From assembly GCA_049976845.1 (NCBI GenBank), contig JBMFHL010000009.1, positions 1-27,453 of the forward strand: DNA of 27,453 nt, in the 5' to 3' direction. Shown in pieces: positions 8,809-16,945 of this stretch (the first letter of the stretch is position 1; every line of letters begins with the position of its first letter). This stretch comes from Candidatus Micrarchaeia archaeon. GTDB lineage: Archaea; Micrarchaeota; Micrarchaeia; Micrarchaeales; CABMGC01. Made by a program: the position numbers and the translations under genes. The notes below the pieces were generated by a model. It searched no databases. It was not told the DNA's origin and worked only from the letters and a program-made list of their open reading frames with translations.

Positions 8809-10995
8809 TTATCGCTTTGCTTTTTTCTTTATTCTTTTTATGCTTTTAGCCCTTGACGCTTTTGGCTCTGGCTCTGCACTTGTAGTTGTAGCACCTGTCT
8901 CTTTGAGCTCGAGCGCCGTCTTAACCTGCAGAGGTTCTTCTGAAGTGGTATTCTTACCCCAATCCTTCTTTGTAGGGCAGTTTGGATCGAGGCACATCTC
9001 AAAGACCTTCCTGCCTCTCCTAAAAACCTTTACTTTAGGTGTATGACAAACCTCACAAACCTTGCCAGTCGGAACTATCTTTGCAGAATGAGGTAACGGA
9101 TATGTGATTTTGCATGTGGGCCAATTTGTGCAGCCAACAAAGCTGTTGCCCTTATTTGAGCGCCTTATTACAAGGTCTCCACCACAAGTGCATTTACCTA
9201 ATATGTCGCTGTTTGCGCTCTTATCCAATCCCTGTTTTAGACTCTTGCCTATCTTAACTTCATTTTCCTTGAATTCGCTGATTATCTTGCTTATTATCTC
9301 CTTTCCTTCATTTATGACTGCTTCTTTCGTAGTCTTGTTGTGTATTATGCCCTGCATGTCGTTCTCAAGTTTTCTTGTAAGCTCCTCGTCTAATATCTCC
9401 TTGCAGCTTTCACTTAAAGCTTTGTACACACTCATGCCGAAATCTGTAACAGTTATGCTTGAGCCTGATATATAGCCGCGCTTGAATAGCGTGTCTATTA
9501 TCTCTGCCCTTGTTGCCTTTGTACCGAGATCCTTCCTCTCGAGCAGTGCGATAAGACCTGCTTTTGTATATCTTTTTGGGGGCAGCGTCTTTAGGCTCTT
9601 CTTGAAGATTTTTTCGGCCTTTGCTTCCTCTTTCTCTATGAACTTGTCTATTGGATTATTCTTGGGTTGAACATAAGGTTTGTATAGATCCATCCAACCT
9701 AACTTTTTATTAACCTCCCCACTAGCCGCATAGATTTCTCCTTCTGCATCAAGAGTGACTTTTGTATTCTCTATAGTGGCATAGTCGGCGAAGCATGCTA
9801 AGAACCTTTTAACTATTAAATCGTATATTTTCTCTTCTTCCTGACTGAGCTCCTTTGGCGCAATGCCAGTAGGGAATATTGCCGGATGGGCTTCATCTTC
9901 TTTCTGGCCTTCTGCAGGTTTGAACCTTCTCTCTTTTATAAGGGTTTCCGCTAACGCTTTATACTTTTCATTTTTTGATATCTCCATTATTATCCTTGGT
10001 AGATTCAACGTATATGGCAATTTTTGCGAAGATGTACGCGGATATGAGATATATGCCCTTTCATAAAGTGATTGGGCAATGGCAAGCGTTTTTGTAGGAT
10101 CTATGCCAAATACCCTGCTAGCTTCAAGCTGCAATGAGGTTAGGTCAAATGGGGGATAGGGCCTTATGTAATTCTCCTTTTTTTCGACTTCTTTTACTAC
10201 TGTTCGCGCGGCTTTGCTTTTCTTAAGAATTTCATCAGCAGTAGATTCGTTATATATCTCGCCCCTCTTGTTTTCGAACTCAACACCTTTTGAAAGAAGG
10301 TATATCTTCCAGTACGGCTTTGAGACAAAATTTTTAATCTCTAATTCTCTTTTTGAGAGTATTGCCAACGAAGGTCCTTGGACTCTTCCTATGCTTATAA
10401 CTTTTTTTATACCGTTAGCAAAAAGAGACCTCATTAATGCCCGGCTTAGGTTTATGCCCCACATCCAATCGAGCATGTGCCTTGCTTCCCCAGCATCGAA
10501 GTTACTTTTGTCAAATTGGTTTATATTCTTGTAAGAATCTACCAAGTCCTCTTTTGTTGTGGTAGAAAATTTCATTCTTAGTATACTAGACGGATTTAAG
10601 CTTGAGTTTACGTCTTTGCCCGTGATAAAACGTATTATGTTAGTGCCTATTACAGTTCCTTCTATATCGTAGTCGCATGCATTTATGAAAATGCTGCACT
10701 TCCTGCCTATTTCGTTTATAACATCAAGGTATTTCTTAGTAAAATACGCGCTGGCATTTACTTTGTATGAGGGCGCCCACTCTATATCAAATATAGGAAA
10801 GCCTTTTGCAGAATCTTTCTGCTTTATTGTAAAAAGATGGCCTGCGGCTGCAACTACGTAAAGCGCTTCTCCGCCGTTAGTTATTTCATAATATCGTATC
10901 CCGTTAAATGCCAGCTGCTTGTAAGGGCCCTCGGCTAAAGATGCGGCTATTCTCTGCGCTACGCTTGGCTTTTCAGCTATAATTAGTTTATTCAT
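8809..10995 (-). CDS. topA: DNA topoisomerase I (type IA) with C-terminal zinc ribbons and a Lys-rich tail
   Basis: IIAEKPS, TOPRIM ACDYDIEG, SIGRVQGP, catalytic ISYPRT, EAHPAI, GTKATRA and C-terminal Cys clusters. ATG 10995 preferred over TTG 11004. Confidence 0.96.
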   Translation of the reverse strand: MNKLIIAEKPSVAQRIAASLAEGPYKQLAFNGIRYYEITNGGEALYVVAAAGHLFTIKQKDSAKGFPIFDIEWAPSYKVNASAYFTKKYLDVINEIGRKCSIFINACDYDIEGTVIGTNIIRFITGKDVNSSLNPSSILRMKFSTTTKEDLVDSYKNINQFDKSNFDAGEARHMLDWMWGINLSRALMRSLFANGIKKVISIGRVQGPSLAILSKRELEIKNFVSKPYWKIYLLSKGVEFENKRGEIYNESTADEILKKSKAARTVVKEVEKKENYIRPYPPFDLTSLQLEASRVFGIDPTKTLAIAQSLYERAYISYPRTSSQKLPYTLNLPRIIMEISKNEKYKALAETLIKERRFKPAEGQKEDEAHPAIFPTGIAPKELSQEEEKIYDLIVKRFLACFADYATIENTKVTLDAEGEIYAASGEVNKKLGWMDLYKPYVQPKNNPIDKFIEKEEAKAEKIFKKSLKTLPPKRYTKAGLIALLERKDLGTKATRAEIIDTLFKRGYISGSSITVTDFGMSVYKALSESCKEILDEELTRKLENDMQGIIHNKTTKEAVINEGKEIISKIISEFKENEVKIGKSLKQGLDKSANSDILGKCTCGGDLVIRRSNKGNSFVGCTNWPTCKITYPLPHSAKIVPTGKVCEVCHTPKVKVFRRGRKVFEMCLDPNCPTKKDWGKNTTSEEPLQVKTALELKETGATTTSAEPEPKASRAKSIKRIKKKAKR

Positions 10996-11027
10996 TGCAA
11001 CCAACTTAACTGCTGCAGCTTATTATT

Positions 11028-11237
11028 TCACTTTGACTTTTTCTGCTTCTTTACGATTTTTTCTGGTTTTGATATGTAGTAGGCCATAATGAATCCGAAT
11101 ACTATTGCGACTAATGCTATTATGTAAAATGCTACACTACCTCCAGAATAGGCAAATGCGATTATAGCAATTATTGTAAGTACTACCACGGCTAACGACA
11201 TATACATCGAGATGCGGTCTTTTCCTGAAATATCCAT
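11028..11237 (-). CDS. Small two-helix membrane protein, unknown function
   Basis: 69 aa, two hydrophobic segments, Lys-rich C-tail, GTGA 4 nt before the ATG. Confidence 0.7.
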   Translation of the reverse strand: MDISGKDRISMYMSLAVVVLTIIAIIAFAYSGGSVAFYIIALVAIVFGFIMAYYISKPEKIVKKQKKSK

Positions 11238-11338
11238 GGTATCACGGCTAATGATTTATTTAACTAAAAGGTTAAATAACCTTATTCTACATTATTCTTA
11301 ATTTAAAAACTAGGTTTTATGCTTTATTTAGTGATATT

Positions 11339-11698
11339 GTGCTTGGAGAACTAGAAGTAATTGGGCTGACGGTATTTGCAGCATTTATAGTTGCAATTGC
11401 ACAGTATGTCTTCAAAGAGCACTTGCATAAGTTCAGAGGAAACATACATGAGGTTATAGGAGTATTTAAGGATAAATGGATTATTATAGGGGTTATTATA
11501 TATTTCATAGGGCTTCCAATCTATTTATTTGCGCTTGACAACGGACAGCTTTCTTTTGTATATCCTACATTTGCCAGCTCTTTTGTGTTTATACTTATCA
11601 TATCAAAATATGCGCTGAAGGAAAAGATTAGCGGATTTAGGGTTCTGGGAGTGCTATTCGTAATACTTGGAATAGTTATAATAGCGATGACATACTAG
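11339..11698 (+). CDS. Small 4-TM DMT/EamA-like transporter subunit (ArnE/ArnF-like)
   Basis: Four hydrophobic helices; AQYVFK, LSFVYP, LKEKIS..R..G...I..G pattern; GTGA before the GTG start. Confidence 0.78.
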   Translation: MLGELEVIGLTVFAAFIVAIAQYVFKEHLHKFRGNIHEVIGVFKDKWIIIGVIIYFIGLPIYLFALDNGQLSFVYPTFASSFVFILIISKYALKEKISGFRVLGVLFVILGIVIIAMTY

Positions 11699-11711
11699 GT
11701 GGTGCTTAGAT

Positions 11712-12053
11712 ATGAATAGAGATTCGAAGGTTTTTTTTGCAAGCGTGCTTGTAGTGAGCACTTTCCTGGGAGGCCTTGGACAGTTCCTTTTCAAACTTGG
11801 ATTAAGTAGCACTTCGATTTTATACTTTTATGTCTTGTTAGGATTAGGAGTTGTATCTTATATTGTTTCCACCGTGTTTTACTTTTATGTTCTTAGCAGG
11901 GCACACTTGAGCTGGGTTTACAGTTTTGGCGGCCTTTCTTACATATTCGCAAATATCTTCGCACTCTTCTTCCTAGGAGAAATTATAACACCTATGCGCT
12001 GGCTTGGCGTAATAGTAATAGCAATAGGAACTGCTTTCATAGGATTTAGCTAA
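11712..12053 (+). CDS. Small 4-TM DMT/EamA-like transporter subunit (ArnE/ArnF-like), partner of the upstream gene
   Basis: Four helices; GQFLFK, LSWVYS, LGEIITPMRWLGVIVIAIG. Confidence 0.78.
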   Translation: MNRDSKVFFASVLVVSTFLGGLGQFLFKLGLSSTSILYFYVLLGLGVVSYIVSTVFYFYVLSRAHLSWVYSFGGLSYIFANIFALFFLGEIITPMRWLGVIVIAIGTAFIGFS

Positions 12054-12070
12054 GATACTGCTGCATTATT

Positions 12071-12409
12071 TTATTTGCCTTGTTTGCTTGAAGTTGAGAC
12101 GTTTGTAGCGGCATTTTCGCCAATTAGCTTAACCCCAATATAAGCCACTTTGTATCCTATGCTAGCGAAAAGGAACAGGATTATTATTTGTAACATTATG
12201 AAACTTGACGTCTTTGCCGTGCTTCCTAACCCGCTTGTGAGGCTAGAGATTGAGCTTGCTATACTTGAATTCTGAGGTGAAGAAGTAGCAGGCGCATATG
12301 CAGAGAACTGACTATTTAGATCCATGTAAAGGCCGTAGCCTATTAGAAACGTAACTGCAAGCAGTATTATGCCTACTGCAATCAATGCGTATGCAAGATA
12401 ATTTGCCAT
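12071..12409 (-). CDS. Hypothetical membrane protein (two TM helices flanking a Ser/Thr-rich loop)
   Basis: Start re-called at ATG 12409 (MANYLAY...), preceded by GTGATATAT, which removes the overlap with the permease gene. Confidence 0.7.
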   Translation of the reverse strand: MANYLAYALIAVGIILLAVTFLIGYGLYMDLNSQFSAYAPATSSPQNSSIASSISSLTSGLGSTAKTSSFIMLQIIILFLFASIGYKVAYIGVKLIGENAATNVSTSSKQGK

Positions 12410-12431
12410 ATATATCACAATGGATTCTATT

Positions 12432-13220
12432 CTAAATAGATATAAAACTTTCCCTGTTGAAAGATTTGACGCTAAGGTAAAGGACAAGCGTGCTTGTTGC
12501 TATGAGCACTAGTAGCATGCCTAGAAAGAAGCCCACTGTGAGATTGGCTATGTTAAATATCGAAATGAACGGGATTACAAGTATTGGAAGTATAAGGAGG
12601 GTGCTTATCTGCTGCGCCTCTTTCACGCCTTTTACCTTAGCAGATACAAGTACTACCAACCCTATTGTAGTAAGGGCCAGAAACGGCGCATTGAGGAGCA
12701 TTAGATACCAGCTTGCGTTTGGAAATAGATAAACGCCAAAGTCTTTCATAGACATATAATTTGTTATGGATGCATATATTATGAATATTGCCACTGTAAG
12801 CAGCAGTGCAGGTATCAGCGATGCAAGGATCTTACCTGCAAGCAGCTCGAAATTGGAGGTCGGGGTAAGCAGTAATGATTCTGCTGTTTTTCTCTCCTTT
12901 TCACCGGCAAAGCTGTCCGCAGCTATTACCGATGCTGTTATTATTGGCATTGTGAGAAATATTGGTCCCAATATGTTCAAAACAAAAAACTTTATGAAAT
13001 ACATGTTGCCTATGTTGTAAGGCATATTTATGATATTTATGCCTGCTATGGAAGACAGAATTCCCGGTGCCGCGTATTTTGATACATAAAAGGTGAAGAT
13101 CGGGAGGGCTATGGAAAATATTATGGGTATAGCAAGCATTGGTCCATATATAGATATGCTGCTGAATGCCTCTTTAAGATCCTTAAGCGCTATTGCATAT
13201 ACTTTAGAAGCATCATACAT
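12432..13220 (-). CDS. ABC-2 type transporter permease
   Basis: About six TM helices; AADSFAGEKERKTAESLLLTP...LLAGK is typical of ABC-2 permeases. ATG 13220 follows GGTGA. Confidence 0.88.
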   Translation of the reverse strand: MYDASKVYAIALKDLKEAFSSISIYGPMLAIPIIFSIALPIFTFYVSKYAAPGILSSIAGINIINMPYNIGNMYFIKFFVLNILGPIFLTMPIITASVIAADSFAGEKERKTAESLLLTPTSNFELLAGKILASLIPALLLTVAIFIIYASITNYMSMKDFGVYLFPNASWYLMLLNAPFLALTTIGLVVLVSAKVKGVKEAQQISTLLILPILVIPFISIFNIANLTVGFFLGMLLVLIATSTLVLYLSVKSFNRESFISI

Positions 13221-14109
13221 TCTTATCACCGAATTCTTTGCCTATGGTTTCGCGCACGTAGCTCACGCTTAATATCTTTGCGCCTGCACTTACTAGATCT
13301 TCTACAAGATCTGGGATCTCACTTACAGAGCCCACCTTCGCTGACAGTTTGCGCCCGCTCTGCTTAATATTCCACCTTTGCATCTTGCCTATGGCACTTG
13401 CACTCAGGGGCTCCACCAAATACACCTCTACTTCTATGTCTTTTAGTTTATTCAAAATAGATTTGAGATTCCCTTGGGAAGTTATTTTACCTTTATTTAG
13501 CAGCATTATGCTGCCATTTATTCTGTAGAGTTCATCGAGCCTCTGCGTAGCATATATTATAGTAATTTTTTCAGATTCTATTATATCGTGCACTTTTTCT
13601 GCAGCTCTGGCATCAAGGAATGCAGTGGGTTCGTCTAGGAGCAGTATTTTGGGTTTGTTCATTAGTGCCCTGCATATCGCTATTTTCTGCTTTGTGCCTC
13701 TGCTTAGCATGCCTACCTTTCTATTCAGATATTCGCTAGCATCTAGATAATTTAAGAGTTCTTTTATCATAGGCAGTGCTTCTACCTTTGGAAGGCCGTA
13801 TAGCGTTGAAAAGAAAATTAGATTATCGTAAACAGTAAGATTGTCGTACAAGGCGTAGTTTTCGCCTACAAATGAGAGAGTATGCCCTATGTTCTGTGAG
13901 TATGGATTTGAATTTACCCCATATAAGAGCACTTGCCCTTTAGTCGGCTTAAGCAGCCCTGAGATGGTTTTTAGGAGTGTGCTCTTTCCGGCACCGTTTG
14001 GACCGAGAAGTATCAGCTTCGCCCCGGGCTTCAACTTTAGATTTATGTTGATTAGTGCTGTTGTTTCTGAAAATTCCTTTGTTACATTTTTACATTCGAC
14101 AGCATACAA
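13213..14109 (-). CDS. ABC transporter ATP-binding protein (ABC-2/DrrA-like exporter)
   Basis: Walker A GPNGAGKS, signature LSRGTKQK, Walker B LLLDEPT; TTG start; overlaps the permease start. Confidence 0.92.
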   Translation of the reverse strand: MYAVECKNVTKEFSETTALININLKLKPGAKLILLGPNGAGKSTLLKTISGLLKPTKGQVLLYGVNSNPYSQNIGHTLSFVGENYALYDNLTVYDNLIFFSTLYGLPKVEALPMIKELLNYLDASEYLNRKVGMLSRGTKQKIAICRALMNKPKILLLDEPTAFLDARAAEKVHDIIESEKITIIYATQRLDELYRINGSIMLLNKGKITSQGNLKSILNKLKDIEVEVYLVEPLSASAIGKMQRWNIKQSGRKLSAKVGSVSEIPDLVEDLVSAGAKILSVSYVRETIGKEFGDKNV

Positions 14110-14126
14110 TTGATCATCTTCTTCTG

Positions 14127-15209
14127 CTACCTTGTTATAGTGTATCCTTTTACCTCCTCATATAATTTCCTTGCCTCTGCATTTTTCTCAAAATGCTCCC
14201 TTATGGGCTTTATCTGCTTTTCAAGCTCTTCTGCCACAAAATTCTTCACGTCTGCAGGATGCACTTTGCCTTCTTTATACATTGAGACCAGTTTGCTGTA
14301 GTCTTCGAATTCTATTGCGCCACCGAATTTTTCTGGCCTGCTGAGTGTTATGGAGCTTGACTTATCTTCTATTATCAGCTTTTCAAGATACTCGAATACG
14401 GGATTCCCATCAATTATCTTTTCGGGGCAGTATGCGCTGTTTATTTTCTCCTTTATCTGGGCATATGAATCGTGGACGAATATCGCATTCTTAGGATCAG
14501 ACTTAGACATCTTGTAGTTTATCAACTCCTCCTCACTGGCGCTTTTAAGATTCTGAGGCATTCCTTTTAGGCCTATTAGAAGCGGATGGCTTACTATTAT
14601 AGGTATCTTCAAGTTCAGCTTCTCTGCAGCCTCTCGCGCTATTATGCTTGCCTTTCTTTGATCAATGCCAAGCTGGCATATATCTATATCCATCTGAAAA
14701 ATATCGGTAGCCTGCATTATTGGATAAAAGAGCTGCGATGCCGAAATATTTTCGCCTTCCTTTCTGCCCATTATTGTGATTGCCCTCTTTACCCTGTCGA
14801 CAGAGAAAAGCCGCCCTATCCTTATGTACCTGTCCCAATATGAGAAGTCGTCCATGAGCTCGCTGTTCCATATTACTTCGACCTTGCTGAGGTCTATGCC
14901 CGCTGCCTTCCAAACCTCTATGAAATATCTTCCTGCATTTTTTATTTTCTCTAAATCCCCGCCAAATTTGTTATTTATCATTGCGAAGTAGTCTGCAATA
15001 TAGAGCTTAAACTTTATGCCTGTACTTAGCATCTTCCTTAGGTTTTTTGTACGGAGAAGGCCAAAGTGTATCGCTGCGAGTCCAGAAGGCTCGAAGCCGT
15101 CATATGCAATTGGATGCTCATTCGTCTCGAAAAGGGTTTTGAGCTCGGCTTCTGTCACTATCTCTGCGGCAAAGCTCTTTATTGTTTTAATCTTTGTTTC
15201 TATATCCAT
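14127..15209 (-). CDS. tyrS: Tyrosine--tRNA ligase (archaeal type)
   Basis: AYDGFEPSG, YPIMQATDIF, QLGIDQRK, KMSKSDP, AYCP, HPADVK. Confidence 0.94.
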   Translation of the reverse strand: MDIETKIKTIKSFAAEIVTEAELKTLFETNEHPIAYDGFEPSGLAAIHFGLLRTKNLRKMLSTGIKFKLYIADYFAMINNKFGGDLEKIKNAGRYFIEVWKAAGIDLSKVEVIWNSELMDDFSYWDRYIRIGRLFSVDRVKRAITIMGRKEGENISASQLFYPIMQATDIFQMDIDICQLGIDQRKASIIAREAAEKLNLKIPIIVSHPLLIGLKGMPQNLKSASEEELINYKMSKSDPKNAIFVHDSYAQIKEKINSAYCPEKIIDGNPVFEYLEKLIIEDKSSSITLSRPEKFGGAIEFEDYSKLVSMYKEGKVHPADVKNFVAEELEKQIKPIREHFEKNAEARKLYEEVKGYTITR

Positions 15210-15259
15210 CAAATCAATAAGAATAGTATAAGGAAGGTATAAATCTTTATTCTGTAATT

Positions 15260-15361
15260 TGCAGGGGGAGAGATTTGAACTCTCGAAGGCGCTAAGCCAC
15301 AGGATCTTAAGTCCTGCGCATTTTTCTGTGGCTATGCCAGACCAGACTCTGCCACCCCTGC
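15260..15361 (-). tRNA. tRNA-Leu(TAA) with an 18-nt D-loop intron (15323-15340, position 20/21)
   Basis: Minus strand: acceptor GCAGGGG/CCCCTGC plus A73, anticodon arm CAGGA-CTTAAGA-TCCTG, long variable arm, T arm GAGAG-TTCAAAT-CTCTC. The extra D-loop sequence folds as a relaxed bulge-helix-bulge. CCA not encoded. Confidence 0.93.
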
Positions 15362-15371
15362 ATTAAGCGGT

Positions 15372-16106
15372 TCATGCATACATAGACGGACCGGTAGCTT
15401 CAGATGCTCTCTTGTATGTTTCGTGTGAATCCCTTGTCTTCTTCATTGCTTCCCTTACCTTTGCTTCGACAAGTTTTGCTTCCTTCTCCAATTCATCTAT
15501 ATTTATATCTATATCTGTGATTTTCTTGAGGTTTGTTATTGCAACCTCAGCATACTTTGGATCCATTATATTTGGGTCTACTTCCACCAGTATGTTTATT
15601 ACAGGAATTTTAAACTCAGTGGCATTTGCTAAGAGTATGGCACTTACTCCTGCTATCACACCTTCTTCTATGGGCTTTATGCCCATACTAGAAGCCTTCT
15701 GCAACATATCTTTTTCAGAAGAAATTATGAATGCATTTTCTGTTGGCTTCTGAGTCGGAATGCCCCCTATTGATATTATATTAGATAGATTGTTTTTTCT
15801 GATGAAGTCCATGAGCTCGCTGCCCAGCTCGTAGATAAGCTCTGTTGGTATGGTAAATTCAGAGATTATTGCAATTAGCTTGTATTTGTCTTCCTTGTAT
15901 ATGCGCACGGGAAACATTGGGATCTTGTCGTGTATTGCTGTTATTGGCGGAAACTTGTCGCTTTCTATATAACCTATATATTCCATGTTCAATTTTTCTA
16001 TTATGTAGCTGTTTGCCATAGGCCCGACAAGTCCTGCACCTGGGAAACCTTCAAGCAAAGTATAGCCTTCAAAATTATATTTTCCAAATAGTTTTATCTG
16101 TATCAT
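15372..16106 (-). CDS. PAC2-family proteasome assembly chaperone/activator (PbaA/PbaB-like)
   Basis: EGFPGAGLVG, FPP, ISIGG, C-terminal coiled coil (LEKEAKLVEAKV) and terminal MYA (HbYX). Confidence 0.88.
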   Translation of the reverse strand: MIQIKLFGKYNFEGYTLLEGFPGAGLVGPMANSYIIEKLNMEYIGYIESDKFPPITAIHDKIPMFPVRIYKEDKYKLIAIISEFTIPTELIYELGSELMDFIRKNNLSNIISIGGIPTQKPTENAFIISSEKDMLQKASSMGIKPIEEGVIAGVSAILLANATEFKIPVINILVEVDPNIMDPKYAEVAITNLKKITDIDINIDELEKEAKLVEAKVREAMKKTRDSHETYKRASEATGPSMYA

Positions 16107-16224
16107 TATATCACTGTATGTTTATAGATGGAAAAATTTAAATGAGGATGGCATTGGCATTGCAATTCTACTTTTGGATGCTGATCCGAGGTATTTATTT
16201 TGCTGTCGATTTTCCGACGATGAA

Positions 16225-16260
16225 TTTATAAATCTATTACTGTATAAGATAATAGGGTGA
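16225..16260 (+). promoter_or_regulatory. Archaeal TATA box (TTTATAAA, 16225-16232) and RBS (GGGTGA, 16255-16260) of the 74-aa gene
   Basis: Consensus TATA preceded by a purine-rich BRE-like GATGAA; the RBS lies 4 nt before ATG 16265. Confidence 0.65.
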
Positions 16261-16264
16261 ATAA

Positions 16265-16489
16265 ATGGCTGAAAGAATTGGAAAAGAGAAAATTGACAGG
16301 GAAGACGGATATCTGTATTTCCTTGGAAAGGACGGCTATGTATGGAGGACACCTATGAAGACAAATTCAAGAGGCAGGAAGGGAAAGGTAGGAAGTGAGA
16401 AAATATCAAGACAAGAGGGATACCTGTACTTCATAGACAAGGGCGGATATGTAGCACGAGCAAAGATGAACAGGAAGGGAAGGAGGTAA
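16265..16489 (+). CDS. Small basic protein with two internal repeats, unknown function
   Basis: 74 aa; repeats EKIDREDGYLYFLGKDGYVWRTPM and EKISRQEGYLYFIDKGGYVARAKM; has its own promoter, RBS and T-rich terminator. Confidence 0.88.
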   Translation: MAERIGKEKIDREDGYLYFLGKDGYVWRTPMKTNSRGRKGKVGSEKISRQEGYLYFIDKGGYVARAKMNRKGRR

Positions 16490-16490
16490 G

Positions 16491-16584
16491 TTAGTTCCTT
16501 TTACTTTTTTGCTTTCTTCTCTTTTCTTTTTTTGTCTATTATACTCTCTCGCTCTCTGATTTTTGTTTATTTTGCTTGCTTTTC
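16491..16584 (+). terminator. Long T-rich (oligo-U) terminator region
   Basis: About 90 nt of pyrimidine-rich sequence with several T4-T7 runs immediately after the stop at 16489. Confidence 0.6.
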
Positions 16585-16627
16585 GTTAGCTGCGCAGATG
16601 TTTTTCTTGAGATTATTGAGCATGAAG

Positions 16628-16702
16628 CGGGCATAGCGGGATTTGAACCCGCAACCAACAGCTCCGCAAGCTGTCGTGCTATCCAAGTTACACCATATGC
16701 CC
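16628..16702 (-). tRNA. tRNA-Arg(GCG), no intron
   Basis: Minus strand: GGGCATA/TATGCCC plus G73, D arm GTGT-AACTTGGATA-GCAC, anticodon arm ACAGC-TTGCGGA-GCTGT, T arm GCGGG-TTCAAAT-CCCGC. CCA not encoded. Confidence 0.96.
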
Positions 16703-16756
16703 ATGCAATGCAATTGCTTTTTATATATTTTGATTCAAAAGTATTATTTAACCTAA

Positions 16757-16945
16757 TTGTTTAATAATGGTGATTATATAACAACACTTCCAGGAAAGGT
16801 ATGCATATCATGCGGTAAACTTACTAGCAAGTACTCCCAATTCAAATGCCCGAACTGTGGAGAAGTAGAGATAATAAGGTGCGAACACTGCAGAGAAACT
16901 TACGCCAAGTATAAATGCCCAAAATGCGGATTTGAGGGACCATAA
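16757..16945 (+). CDS. DUF1610/HVO_2753-like zinc-ribbon protein (true start possibly ATA at 16778)
   Basis: [30 protein letters not shown]; the family's usual position directly upstream of EF-1beta; TAATG stop/start overlap. Confidence 0.9.
   Translation: MFNNGDYITTLPGKVCISCGKLTSKYSQFKCPNCGEVEIIRCEHCRETYAKYKCPKCGFEGP

Noticed and set aside
12410..12487. N-terminal extension of ORF 12071-12487
   Set aside because: It overlaps the permease gene; an RBS-supported ATG exists at 12409.
16142..16184. Possible C/D box sRNA (ATGAGGA ... CTGA)
   Set aside because: Imperfect C box, no recognisable D'/C' boxes, shorter than typical archaeal guides, no terminal stem.
16205..16219. Inverted repeat GTCG-N6-CGAC upstream of the TATA box at 16225
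   Set aside because: Only 4-5 bp arms and no second copy noticed in the window; cannot be told from chance.
16576..16764. 62-aa plus-strand ORF
   Set aside because: It is the antisense reading of tRNA-Arg(GCG) (AGFEPAT is the typical T-arm translation).
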